Below are positions 8,401 to 20,000 of a stretch of 20,000 nucleotides of DNA, piece by piece. A program made the translations under genes and the position numbers. The stretch spans positions 45,165-65,164 of the forward strand of contig JYFJ02002021.1 of assembly GCA_000934665.2 (NCBI GenBank), read 5' to 3'. The stretch comes from Catajapyx aquilonaris (lineage: Eukaryota). The notes under the pieces were generated by a model that was not told the DNA's origin, did no database searches, and saw only the letters and a list, made by a program, of their open reading frames with translations. How positions within the stretch are numbered: position 1 is the stretch's first letter; every line of letters begins with the position of its first letter.

Positions 8401-11400
8401 CTGGGCAATGACGGGTCACAGTTACTATGTCCCGGTCAACCTGCGGGTTGGATTGCAATCAGGATGACGACATCCACATCAAGCAAATGAAATGATGAGT
8501 ACGAAACTAATAGAAGAACCTTACCTGGTCAACATAGACCTGCGTGAATTCAGTGGCACCCATTTCGTAGTGCAGATCATTTAGGGCCTTCTTGGCTGCA
8601 ATGAACCCTGACCTGCGCCCAACCACACCAATGTCCTTCAATGGGTTGGCTTCATCACTCCACCTAGGATACAGCCGATTTTCTGTCACAATGTGTATAT
8701 GATGTGGGACAATCTCATCATAACCCCTGCTGCTCCCTGAGGCACAACAGCCCATGGCTACTAAGGCAGTGCTGGGGAGAAGGTCGTACACCGAACGCTT
8801 TTCCACTGGACTAGGGTTGTCATGGGTCATGTCTAGAAACATGGCGTGGGCTATGGCAGGGGTTAGGGGGCGGAGCGGGGGCTGCAGAAAGGACCCAACA
8901 GGCTCTCCTCCATAACGGTAAACTAGGCGGCCTTGCTCATGGGAGTCCCACGCAGACAAAGCCTCTGAAAAAGTGAGAGAAGCTGGTTGTAGCTTGTGAT
9001 GCTCTGTAACAGAACAGAAATATCTCACCTCTTATGAGTGAGTTGATTCCAAGCCTGTTAGCAAATACGTTGTCTGTCAAGTCCGAGTTTGTGAAAAGCT
9101 CTGCAACCACGTATAGATCAGGTCGCACAGCTCTTGCCGCATCCAGGACATACTGAAATTATGCCGCCTTATTAGAAAAGTACCCAGATTTTACAAACTG
9201 AAATAACATGAAGCAATAGCAATGAAAAGGTACCGACCTCCGCAACGTGGATGGGGGTGGAATGGCAATTGTCCAGACGCACACCATGGAAGGTCCTAGC
9301 AGTCACCTCCGCATATTCCTTCATGTGGCTCCAGAGGAATGGGGAGTCCTCTGGCTTGTTTCCATACCTGAAACCGGGAATAATCCTCACTGAAAATGTG
9401 GCCTAGAACAACTGTACCGCACACGAAATAATTCCAACAAAAATAGCGAAGATAATTCTCAGGTTTCTCCCTAAATTCCCGCCTCTAAAGTATATGTGCT
9501 TGCAAAACCTAACCTGAGCTTCACACTGTCATCCCAGCAGATGAGCTCCCTTCTGAGGTAGACATTTGACGTGGGCTCGGCAAAGTTCTTCAGTGGGTCA
9601 TCCCCTATGACCCACCCATTGTGAGCCATCATGTGGCAGCACTTCTCTGGGGCAAACATGTTCTCCTCCTCAGTCTTGAGGTCAGTCTCTTTGCCGTAGT
9701 GCGTGAAGTACTGCGGGACCAACGGGTATTGCTGGGACACCACCTGCAGCTTAGGGCCGTCTTCCTGCAGCCTTTCGTAGCGTATGGCAGCTATGGTATT
9801 CTCCACAGACGAATGGATGTGAGACTGGATCTCGTTGAACTTGGTGTGGTTCAACTTGTTGAGACGCTCCTCGAATATGTGGAGGGACACCTGAACCAAA
9901 AAGCAATTTAAAAACACTTCCTGTAGATAATAAATGCATGACGAGTGCTGACCTGCCTACGGTCATCCTCAGAGTGGCACTCGTGTCTGTGCACATTGTA
10001 AAGGTGGAGGGCAATGTCCATGTCGACGGTGCAGTGAAGCCTGCGATACTCTGGATCCTGAATAATTTCTAGGCTGGGGTTGTATTCAGGCTCACGGGGC
10101 TTGCGTATGTCAGGGGTGATCATCCGACTGGCAAATTCTGCCACAAGTTTTTGCACATCCACAATGTAGAACTCCTGAATCTTCACCTGAGGCAGGAAGA
10201 AGCCATGCAAGGCTGCTCGAATGTTCTGGAAACAAAAGGGGTGACAACTTTTGAGATGATATTAGCACGAATGTGAAACCATGCGTTCAGAGCAGCAGGA
10301 CCTCGGGAATGGAATAAGCAAAAAAATATTTCCTCCATGTCATAACTAGTAAGAGAAGGAATTTGTGGGAATCATATTTTGCTTTGCAAATCAACATTTT
10401 GTATGAGACAATGTGATAGTGTTAATTAGAAGAAAAAAAATTGCAGCTACAATTGCAAATAGGGTAGTGGGAATTGAGATAAAACAACTGAAATGTGCAA
10501 ACGTGCAATGTTAAAAGATTTCCAGAGCAAACCATATTTCCTCTCTTATTTGCAATTATACGACTACCTCCCTGAAATTGACAAAAATACGGCTCAGAAA
10601 TATTATTTGAAAGATTTCTTAGCATGTTTTGTCAAAAACACTGCAAAAATATACAGCGCATTACAACCTCAGAAACGTGAAGGTCTTGAAAAGCAAGAAA
10701 GCAAGTAAGTCAATGGCTTGAAATTTGAATTTTAAATGTTCCATTGTGTACTGCTAGAAAATTTGCGTTTGAATGACATGCTTTCAATTGAGGGATCACA
10801 CATGTCCTAATCTGATATTCCAATGCATCGAGGCGTTGCTATACTGTATGGCATGTACGTACTACGGGAGAATGGGGGTAGAAAGAAACCTATTCTAGCT
10901 CAAAAATAAAGATTGAACCTTGCAAGCGGCTTACATTTAGGTGTTCCTCACAGTTGACCTCGGGAGGTATGCCTGAGGAACCCCACTTGCCCTCGGACAC
11001 CTCCTTAGAGAAGTATGAGAGCACACAATCGATAAGATAGGCAGGCCTCAGATGGGGAGAGTTGAGCATATTATAGGTGCTCTCCGGATGCTTCTTAAGC
11101 CACTCTGTTTCGTTGGCTGTGTGGTTCAGGACAATGTCGCATATGCTCAACACCTTCCACTCACTTCTCATTTTCTCTACGAGCGCCTCCACGTCAGTCA
11201 TTCTCCGAACGTGCCCCTCACGACCGTAAGTGGGACTGAGATTCAACTGGGACTTGATCGAATAGGCTGAGTTTGACTTGCCCAGCTCCTGATGAGAAGA
11301 AAAACCAGAGAAAGGAATGTTAAAAACTTCGACTATAAAGGTTGTGAGAATGTAATAAACGTTTAAAAAGTTTAAAGCATTCAAAATTAGCTGTGCAGTA

Positions 11401-12540
11401 TTCTAGTACGCCATCAGCAATAAATTCTGGGCACTTGATTTGCCCACTGCAAGTTTAATTCAAATCAGTCATTGTGAGTGTTAAATGTGATTTTCGATGA
11501 TAATACTTTTTTTTTTCTGGAACCATCCAATCCTCATTAGCGTATTGCTTAAAGGTGTACCTGAATGGGAGTAAAGTGAATGATGTTGTAGCCAGACTCC
11601 TTGGTGACCCTCAGCCTAGACTCCCATTCGTCAAACGGGCCCAAGCATTTGGTAATGACTGTCTGACATTGGACACAGTCCAATGGCAAATGCTCTGTTG
11701 ATGGGCCCACAATGAGGACGGGATCAACTAGGATGTATCCAGAGCCTTTCTGCCCGGCATCAGCTCTGTAAGAGACAAAATGTTAATTGCAAGTACATGC
11801 GGACAACAGGTGCGCCTCTCAGGTGAAAAATCCAAGGTCACTTAATCATGAAAATAACCCTGTGCAACCAGTACTTGTCTCTGTGTTACACTTATTCTCT
11901 GTATATATAAATTCACTTTGCATTTTACATGAATGTGGATAAAACTAGCCATGGATTGTACCTACCCATTTTCATAAGTGAAGTAGTAATGAAAAGAACC
12001 GGCCATGAAAATAGGCAGGTTGGCAAAATTGGCCGTGTCATCTGCATTCTTGCATTCACTGGTCCATGGAAGTTCGTAATATGTGTTCCGCACATAAGCC
12101 TTTCCAGGGCCTAAAGGGTGGTTCACAAACACTGACACTTTCTTCCCAAACAGTGACGGTCCCAACCTGAACTGCACCACCCATCCTGTTGTGAATAAAA
12201 AAGAAGAATTAAATTAAACAAAAATTAAGCATACAATAATACTTAAAAATATGTACAGAAAAAGCAGTTTACTTCTCCATGCAGGTGATTACTAGTTTAT
12301 GAACATAAAATTTCACCAGGCAAGTATTATTTGACAAACTCATTACCAGTAAGTCCGGTCACATCTGACCTATAGCTACATCTTACATAGCTTTTGTTCA
12401 TAGAAGCAAAGCAATCAATAAGTAAGCATCGCACCTTTTTGGACTCGAAACAAGGTGGATTCCAAATTCTCCTCATTATTCAGAATAAACACTCGCACCT
12501 GCTGCTTCCCTCCGAACACGGAACTGGCACTTGTCTGCAT
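5499..12540 (-). CDS. AGL: Glycogen debranching enzyme (4-alpha-glucanotransferase / amylo-alpha-1,6-glucosidase), 16 coding exons, about 1578 aa
   Basis: Phase-consistent GT-AG exons 12540-12435, 12185-11966, 11765-11561, 11288-10935, 10225-9953, 9890-9514, 9367-9238, 9152-9029, 8964-8525, 8440-8046, 7986-7646, 7579-7402, 7339-6892, 6812-6160, 6095-5648, 5543-5499 total 4737 nt. Motifs: [90 protein letters not shown]. Confidence 0.97.
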
Positions 12541-12561
12541 CCCTCACACTCTAATCACAGA

Positions 12562-13188
12562 CTGAAAAAGTAAAAAAATATATAAACTGACGCATTTGAT
12601 GCTGCACACACTGAAAGCTGCTTTAGTTCTAGACGCAGTCTAACGCAAGAAGTCTAACAAATGCAATTTTCAGCGCAAAATGAAACACAATTCCATTAGC
12701 ACGCAAGGAAAAAAAAAAATTTGAACATTCTTGATGACCGCAGCAATTAAAGCCCCTGTATTATTTTGTGCGCATAAAACAATGCAATTATTGCATCACT
12801 CACTTGTCAATTCAGCGACAGTGGCACTCACTTTATCAAAATAATGAACCTGCCGCATTCCACAAACATTATCTACACTTTAAGAACCATTAAAATACAA
12901 TTCTATTAGCACATACTGATAAAATAATGTGAATCTTCATGAAGGCCACAGAAATTAAAAGCCTCTATGCCTATAAAATGATGCAATTATTGCATCACTC
13001 AGTACAATTCAGCAACAATAATGTCAAACCGAAACCCGCTGCATTCCACAAATATTACCTGCACTCTTTATGAACCAAACGAGTACTTACAATGACCATT
13101 AACCCACTCAACGAGGCAGGCTAATGATGGCCCATGCAATATACAGCGCATGTTCATTTACAATTTTTTTCTTCAAAAAAAACCTTAC
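12562..13188 (-). other. Probable 5' UTR intron of AGL (implies a non-coding first exon ending at 13189)
   Basis: Minus-strand acceptor TTTTTCAG ends at 12562, 21 nt before the ATG, with an in-frame TGA in between. A good donor CG|GTAAGG lies at 13189/13188. The pairing of the two sites is inferred. Confidence 0.55.
12687..13078. repeat. Diverged tandem duplication, about 200-210 bp unit, 2 copies
   Basis: Shared blocks in the same order: ACAATTCYATTAGCAC (12687, 12897), ATGCAATTATTGCATCACTCA (12782, 12981), CAATTCAGC, GCATTCCACAAAYATTA. Confidence 0.8.
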
Positions 13189-13599
13189 CGCTAATAATAT
13201 TTCACCTGTCTTCCTTTCCCTTCCTAGTTCTAATCTATTAATACCTTCTGAAGGCTGTCCTCTCCCCTTGGTATTTACGTCTCAATAGTCTCTCCAAACC
13301 CCTTCAGAATATCATGAAACAAACACGTGCATCTCACACACACAAATGGAACGTGACACTCATTATCTTCTTTCGTAATAATAATAAAAAGATCTTGCTT
13401 CTAATTAATCTCGACCTTGAACTACAAATCGAACGACTCGTTTCGCGCAGATCGAACACCCCCCCTTTTTCTGAGTTCTTACCTTCCAAGTGTGGGTTAT
13501 CCTTCCTTCTTTTTCTTCGGCGACAATTAAATCCACATTTTCTGTTTGTTGTTACCGCTTTTTTTTAAAATAAGATATATAATTATACACAAATAAACC

Positions 13600-13955
13600 A
13601 AAAAGAGAACTTGGAAAGGTCACTCCTACAATTACTCAACCGGGCTGCGTCTCTTTACACATCACACGTTCGAATCCAACTTGGAGGAAGGAATCCAATC
13701 TAATAATCAGCCGACATGCCTATAAACAAACGTCAAATTTACAATAAATATTAAAATATAAAACATCAAGTATGAATCAATCGATTGTTAAAATTCAGTA
13801 TGACGTCATTGCAATAGTATTAGCTAAAAGCGGCTATTAATAGCAGCTTGGCGATTCCGAACTGAATTTCGAAGACGCAGCCCCCCGGCGGATTCCAAGA
13901 TGGCGAAATTTTTGAGGAATTTTTATTATTAAGATAATTTTTATTATTATAAAAG
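13600..13955. promoter_or_regulatory. Probable divergent promoter region for AGL and INTS5
   Basis: Head-to-head genes. Perfect CRE palindrome TGACGTCA at 13801-13808 overlapping ATTGCAAT (13808-13815). YY1/Pho-like CAAGATGGCG at 13896-13905. Confidence 0.55.
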
Positions 13956-16936
13956 ATGTCTAGTCCGCCGGTTAGTAGAGATGCGGCTCCTCCGGGGGAA
14001 TCGGGTGTGGCGACGGAGCTGCATGCGTTCCTGGCAGGAGCCAATGCGGATTGGCCGAGGGGCAAAAGAGGGGCCGCCTCGGGGCCGACCACGGGCGGGA
14101 GCCAGCAGGGGCCGAGTCAGGAAGAGGCACAGAATTTGGCAAGGACCGCGCTTTACCTGTTGAGGAACATGCCGTTGTGTAAGGAAGCGGTGTTGCAGTA
14201 CATGTGCGGAATATTTGATACGAGTGCACGGCAACATGTCGCTAACCTTAAGGTGAATTTTTTTGGGAGGTTACTTGAGGTTAATTGGGGGTATTAACGT
14301 TGTGGATTTTTTATTGCAGGGTGAAGGACCGTCCAGTGATAGCTACCAGGCCCAGGAAGATATAACGATTGGGGAGATCCACACTGCGCTGTCCGGATTT
14401 ATAGTGTCCAATGCGGACGCTTGGGCTCCGCTCATTTCCTCCTGGTCATTAGACTTGTTAGGGACACTGTCTAGACGATATGCGGACGAAACTGTTTTCC
14501 CGCATGACGCGGGGCTCAACGATATGTTGCAGATATGGGTCGCTTGCCGGGCGACTCGGACTTTGATAGACATTGCGATGCACTGCTTCTCATGCGTTAC
14601 CAACACGGACTCTGTGTCTGCACTACTGGATATGTCGGTGAAGCATAGCCCACATTTTGATTGGGTTGTGGCGCATATTGGAGGCTGCTTTCCAACCTTG
14701 ATTATAACACGGGTGCTGCAGTGTGGGCTGGATGATTTCCATGCGTATGAGCGATCGAATCGTGAACAGGCTCCAAAGCTAAAGTCCGTGGTTGGGATCC
14801 TGAGCTACTTGGCTGGCAGCCACTTTGGGGAAATTAGAGATGCATTTGCACACCTGTTCGTGACAACATTTGGCGAACTGAACAGCAGTGCAGCGAGTGA
14901 TGGCGAGAAGATGTCTGCAGTGCCGTTCCTACTACAGATGGCATCTATGTCGCGTGTACTATGCCGTGCGCTTATGTCAGGGGTTCTGCCCACACTTGAT
15001 CCTGATAAGCTTCAGGCATTGTCTCAGTGTGCCAAAGTGTGGATTGGATCTCGATACTTTGGTTCTGAACGTGCTTTGATTACCCTTCTGGTGCATTTGA
15101 TCATGCAAAGTGAGGAAGGTGAATCGCATGCACTTCAGCTTCTCCTTAAATTTGCCACCGAAGATTCCCCTGTGCAGTTGGTGTGCCTGCAACTGACAGA
15201 ACAGCTGCTGCAGGAGCTGTCTAGACTTGTCCACACTTTGGGCGAGACGAGATCGTCACTATCGGATGACATACCAATACTCTCGTCACTGTCGGGAGGG
15301 CCAGCTCTAGAGTATTTGCAAGCATCACTGGTATTGGCACATCCTCACCGTACTCGGTGTTCGGCTCGGCTTTTGTCACTCCTGGCATTGTACCAAGGGC
15401 CAGCCATATTGGCATCAACCATCGCATCTGTGTTGGGACACGAATGTGATGTGTCCGTAATTTCCCAGCTCATGTGCGGCTCGGAAGCAACATACCCGAA
15501 AGCACTGCTTGATGGAGTCTCTCAGGTGGTGTGCGACCCAAATTCGACCCCACTTTCTTGGTGGAACTTGGTGCAGCTACTGGAACAGGATGTGTCTCGA
15601 GGTGCTCATGGCGCAGTACAAGACAGCCTTGGAATTGTGGCTGACAAGATGACGAACCCTGATCTCTGCCTTCTGGTTGTCAATGCGGCAATCATGACTG
15701 GAGTTCCCGAGCGAATTGAAGTATCCCAACTAATCAAGTTGTGCCACAAGGGGGTTGGGTACTTGTTTGCCAGTTTGCAGGAGGACAATCCAGATATGAA
15801 GGTAATAATTAGGCTTGATATGCACTGAGAACAAAATGTAACTTGTTTCTTTTCTTCAGGCAATAAGCTGCAACCAGGCTGTAACGCTTCTGGTGCAATG
15901 CAGCCAGCGTCCTCCTGGGAAGTCTGCCATCCTTCGACTCCTACTAGAGTCTGCGGTGGGATCCACCTCTCTTGATTTGGCTCCGGACCATTCCAGCCTC
16001 TTTGGTGGCACCACCTCATCCTCAACATCACCTGAAAACATTCCTGCGTCCATTTGGCAACCATCCCTCTCTGAGTCAAATCTCCAGCATGGCTTAACCC
16101 CATCACCTGCCTTCCATGCTGGAGTAATTGGCCATGGGCTACGCCAACGTGTAAAAAAGGTGTCCTTGCCACAATCGCTAGTGGTGTCAAACATTCAGCG
16201 ACTACTTGATGCCATCAATGCATGCATCGACTTGTCACCAGAGGCTGTGACGCAAACAGCTCTCCTGTTGGTGGAGTTGGTTTCACCAGATGTAATGTTC
16301 AACGGACTTCCCTGGCCAGAAGAGGAATTTGCCAGGGTGACCATAGAGCGGGATCTGGCCATATACCATGCGTTTCAGGACCGTCCATTGCTATGGGAGC
16401 TGCTACGCATGCTGGCATCTAATCTACCTGCGCTGTGTTACTGCTCCGTGTTGTTGCGAGCAATAATGGCAACCCTTTTGTCATACTGGTCTGCGACTCA
16501 AGATGACCGGGCTTCTGATAGTCCCCTACAGATGGACGCAACACTGCAGCTGCTCGACGTCATGTTTTTGGGACACCTCCTACCAGTACCCTTGGCGTAT
16601 GTGGGTGACATACTTCCATATCTCGCCCCTCACGAAGTGGCAGCCATCTTACGGGATGTGTGGGCATACATGCGGGATAACGTACCAGCACCACCGTCCA
16701 TATTTGTGCGTGATCCAAACACCGGACATTTGTGGAGGGATGTGGCGTCTGTCCCGCTGGACAGGCAGTATGTGACCAGGCTCAGGCTCATTTTCCTGGC
16801 TAACATGGACAGGCTAGGGGAGTTTTACTCGCACCTTTTCCCTACTGGACTGGATGAGTCTGATTCTGACTGTGTGCCTTATTGTGAGATAGGGTCTGAC
16901 TCGGAGGGAGATTTAGAAATAATCTCAGAGGCTTGA
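13956..16936 (+). CDS. INTS5: Integrator complex subunit 5, 3 exons, about 951 aa
   Basis: Phase-0 GT-AG exons 13956-14252, 14320-15801, 15860-16936. Motifs: WAPLISSWSLDLLG, HSPHFDWVVAHIGGCFP, FHAGVIG, LLVELVSPDVMFNGLPWPEEEFARVTIERDL, PALCYCSVLLRA. Confidence 0.93.
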
Positions 16937-18512
16937 GTGGTGTTGGGTTCTGAACTGTTGTGAGTAAAAGAAAGGTGCATAGGGAACCGTATCCAAGTAA
17001 CTGGCTAGGGTTACGTCCTTGCCTCATTGCGCCACCTAACCGCACAATCTTTACCCTAACGACGCATCCCCATTGCGCCTTCCTTTAAATCTGGAATGAA
17101 CAGATCTGAAATGTTTTCTGTTTTTGTTTTTTTGGAACTTGCTGCTGCATTGTGACATGATGGACGAAATTCCCCGACAATAAGCTGTGTGTTATGCCCA
17201 TCTGCAATTCACCAAGGAGTAATAGGCACTCGCTCAGCATTTCGGGATTGTACCAGTTTGGGATGTCCAATCTGTCACGACTAACAGATCACAATTTGGA
17301 ATCATTGATTAACCAGAATGTGAGTCCTGTAAGCCAGTGATTTCTTATTGTGTACAACACCTTCATATGGTGGATTTGTAATGCAAAGTAAAGATGTTGT
17401 ACAGACCATGTGTTGTAATTGTAATTGAATTTCTTGTCAGTCAGCTGAGACAATATTGCCTTCCTCAGTCTCTTGGTCCCTCCTTTGCCGAACTCTGCGT
17501 GTATCCGATGAGATTCTGCCAATGCTACTACATTTTTTTGGGCCAATCTTAAAGTTGGTGGGGTGTTGCGAATGCTGAGGTCCAAATGTTACAGAGTGAA
17601 AAAAGACAAAAAAATGCAAAAAGATTGAAAACTACATGACACAGTACGTATACTACACCTTATACCAAAACCTTTTCCAGCAAAATGCGGCATAAAATGA
17701 AAAGGGGTAAAACGAGACAAAATAACGGAAGTAAATGAGATAGGTTCCAAGATTTCAAAAAATTTCCCACATACAGTGCTTAAATTGCAGTTTAATAATG
17801 CCGACTATTTCAAACATTTGTAATTACGTTTAATGGTTCAGGTTCCAGGTGAAGCGTCATCTGGTTCTGAGGCCTCTTTTCCCTTCTTTTGGCGAGAACT
17901 GCAGTAGACTTAGGGTATTTAACAGACTTAGGAGGGTTCCGATGAGACCAACAATGCGGTACTGTATTTATCGATAGAACCTGCCACAAGGCACCACGAA
18001 AGACAAAAAATAGCATTATTTTATGTTCCTGTGTTTGGCCTCAAAAGGGTTGAAGTGTTGTGCTTATGTTCAGATTGTGCTGTTATCGTCATATTTTTCA
18101 ATATAAAAAGTTTATAATCTCTTTTTCAAACCGGCGTTAACGTAAAACGGCGTAAAATGGAGCAGTGTATCATGGGTTGACAAATCATTGCATAACACGG
18201 TCCATGCACACCATTCATGAGTTCACTTTTCGGTCATTTTAGGCAGAAGAATGAAGATTTCGCCACCTTGATTTTAACTGAATGAAGTACTGGTACGTAC
18301 TATCCTTTGGGTGTATGTTCCTGGGCATAACTCCAATTTTGACATTTTTGTGGGTTGACCCATTATTGCATACCACTGTCCAATTATCCCTCCGCTTTCA
18401 ATAACTTATTCTGTGCACGTTGACTGACACCAAGTTCAACATATGTACAGTACCAGACACCACACACGGGTTTGCTGCTATAAATAAATAAATAAATAAC
18501 ATATTTTGAGAA

Positions 18513-18624
18513 TCTATACGTATGTAAGGCGAAATAAAAATATTTTTGTTTCCCTCCGGCAACATAATTTTTCTTGGTGATTACCATAGAAACAGGCCGT
18601 GCGAAGAACGGGTTCCACTGCTAG
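18513..18624 (+). mobile_element. Non-autonomous mini-Helitron (112 bp)
   Basis: 5' A|TCTATACGTATGTAAGGCGAAAT; 3' imperfect hairpin CCGTGC-GAA-GAACGG (18597-18611) followed 9 nt later by CTAG|T. Sits between an A and a T with no target-site duplication, as expected for Helitrons. Confidence 0.7.
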
Positions 18625-19230
18625 TTAGTAATTATAAAAATAATGAGGGGCTGTTTATAATAAGCCGAGAGCAGCGTGGGATTTTTACTGTTCCGTTGTG
18701 ACACTGTCAAAGTTAAAAAAATTATATCATAATCTCATGGTGCATAATAATCCGGTCAAAACATTCCCGCTCCTTGTTCGCCTGTAGTTCCGGAAGTTGC
18801 GGTTCTTTATTGTTCTTCATGGCGTGGTGTGCTTCTCTGGCCAGGTTCCACTCGGGTGCAAGGGCCGCAGGAGAATGGTGCTTCGGGGTGTGCACAGGTT
18901 CGCGGTACAAACTGACGGTGAGTTTGGGAGTGATGAACACAGGTGCATGTTCGTGAGACATTATTCCTGACCGCCTTATGGAATAATGCCGGGGCCGGCC
19001 TTTATAAACCAAAAGTCTGTAGTTATAGCCGAGGCTGTTACATCCGGATAATATGTTTCTCGTCTTGGTCCCGTCTATTACCCCTACAAGTTTGTCGGCT
19101 GAATTCATTTACACCCTGTATACACAGCCAACGTATATAAAATCTAACCAAAAACGGACTCGTAAAAAAACCGCCAAGTCCTGAGTCACTCCGCCTAAAA
19201 AAGTTGTGAGATCATGGGTGGACACCAAGC

Positions 19231-19272
19231 CTTGGATGGGTGACCGCCTAGGAATGCCGGGTGCACTTGGCT
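19231..19272 (+). pseudogene. 5'-truncated 5S rRNA copy (about nt 78-119) at the array boundary
   Basis: CTTGGATGGGTGACCGCCTAGGAATGCCGGGTGCACTTGGC is identical to the 3' third of downstream copies; the upstream sequence is unrelated. Confidence 0.9.
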
Positions 19273-19354
19273 ACTCTTTTTTTTTCCTCTTCTTTCCAAA
19301 GGAGGAAGGCGGCCCGAGTGGAGTGGAGTACCTCCAGAAGAAGCACCCTCTCTC

Positions 19355-19473
19355 GCCAAGGGCCATACCACGTTGAAAGCACCGGTTCTCGTCCGATCCC
19401 CGAAGTTAAGCAACGTCGGGCCCGGGTAGTACTTGGATGGGTGACCGCCTAGGAATGCCGGGTGCACTTGGCC
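19355..19473 (+). rRNA. 5S rRNA
   Basis: GCCAAGGGCCATACCACGTTGAAAGCACCGGTTCTCGTCCGATC...AGTTAAGC (box A)...TGGATGGGTGACCGCC (box C)...CTTGGC; oligo-T terminator follows. Confidence 0.97.
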
Positions 19474-19520
19474 ACTCTTTTTTTTTCCTNGGAGTACCTC
19501 CAGAAGACGCACCTTCTCTC

Positions 19521-19639
19521 GCCAAGGGCCATACCACGTTGAACGCACCGGTTCTCGTCCGATCCCCGAAGTTAAGCAACGTCGGGCAGGGGTAGTACTT
19601 GGATGGGTGACCGCCTAGGAATGCCGGGTGCACTTGGCT
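19521..19639 (+). rRNA. 5S rRNA
   Basis: Full-length copy with intact box C and T7 terminator; variant GGGCAGGGG near nt 64-72. Confidence 0.95.
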
Positions 19640-19719
19640 ACTCTTTTTTTCCTCTTCTTTCCAATGGAGGACGGTGGCCCTGGTGGAGTGGAGTACCTCC
19701 AGAAGACGCACCATCTCTC

Positions 19720-19838
19720 GCCAAGGGCCATACCACGTTGAACGCACCGGTTCTCGTCCGATCCCCAAAGTTAAGCAACGTCGGGCTCGGGTAGTACTTT
19801 GATGCGTGACCGCCTAGGAATGCCGGGTGCACTTGGCT
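19720..19838 (+). rRNA. 5S rRNA, variant copy (possible pseudogene)
   Basis: Full length, but box C reads TTTGATGCGTGACC instead of TTGGATGGGTGACC, and CCCCAAAG replaces CCCCGAAG. Confidence 0.85.
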
Positions 19839-19918
19839 ACTCTGTTTTTCCTCTTCTTTCCAATGGAGGACGGTGGCCCTGGTGGAGTGGAATACCTCCA
19901 GATGAAGCACCATCTCTC

Positions 19919-20000
19919 GCCAAGGGCCATACCACGTTGAAAGCACCGGTTCTCGTCCGATCCCCGAAGTTAAGCAACGTCGGGCCCGGGTAGTACTTGG
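19919..20000 (+). rRNA. 5S rRNA, cut by the window end
   Basis: First 82 nt match the 19355 copy. Confidence 0.93.

Noticed and set aside
17085..17619. Minus-strand ORFs downstream of INTS5 as an extra gene
   Set aside because: Non-ATG starts, no consistent splice structure and no protein family I can support; probably INTS5 3' UTR or intergenic DNA.
17640..19125. Tc1/mariner-like end motifs (TACAGTG near 17772, GTACTGTA near 17960, CACCCTGTATA near 19112) and a lone TATCGATA at 17969
   Set aside because: Too short, and I could not pair them into matching inverted repeats or tie them to a gene.
19474..19520. Short 166-bp 5S repeat unit as a real spacer deletion
   Set aside because: The missing segment coincides with the N at 19490, so it is most likely an assembly gap.
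19195..19993. ORFs over the terminal repeat region
   Set aside because: Chance translations of 5S rDNA units.

Overview
Compact, intron-rich animal genomic DNA (probably arthropod, inferred from the 5S sequence and the 54-70 nt introns). Gene order: 5' part of a prenylcysteine oxidase (PCYOX1-like, minus strand, runs off the left edge); head-to-head with an intronless BBIP1/BBS18 ORF followed only 18 nt later, in the same frame, by a 7-exon LMBRD2; tail-to-tail with a 16-coding-exon glycogen debranching enzyme (AGL, minus); head-to-head with a 3-exon Integrator subunit 5 (INTS5); then an intergenic stretch with a 112-bp mini-Helitron and the start of a 199-bp-period 5S rDNA array. The most interesting signals are a candidate BBIP1-LMBRD2 dicistronic transcript with a leaky-scanning signature, an alpha-tubulin-like poly-Glu/EEY tail on this BBIP1, and two likely GC-AG introns in PCYOX1. 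Exon coordinates were derived by hand and gene identities come from recalled protein motifs, not database searches.
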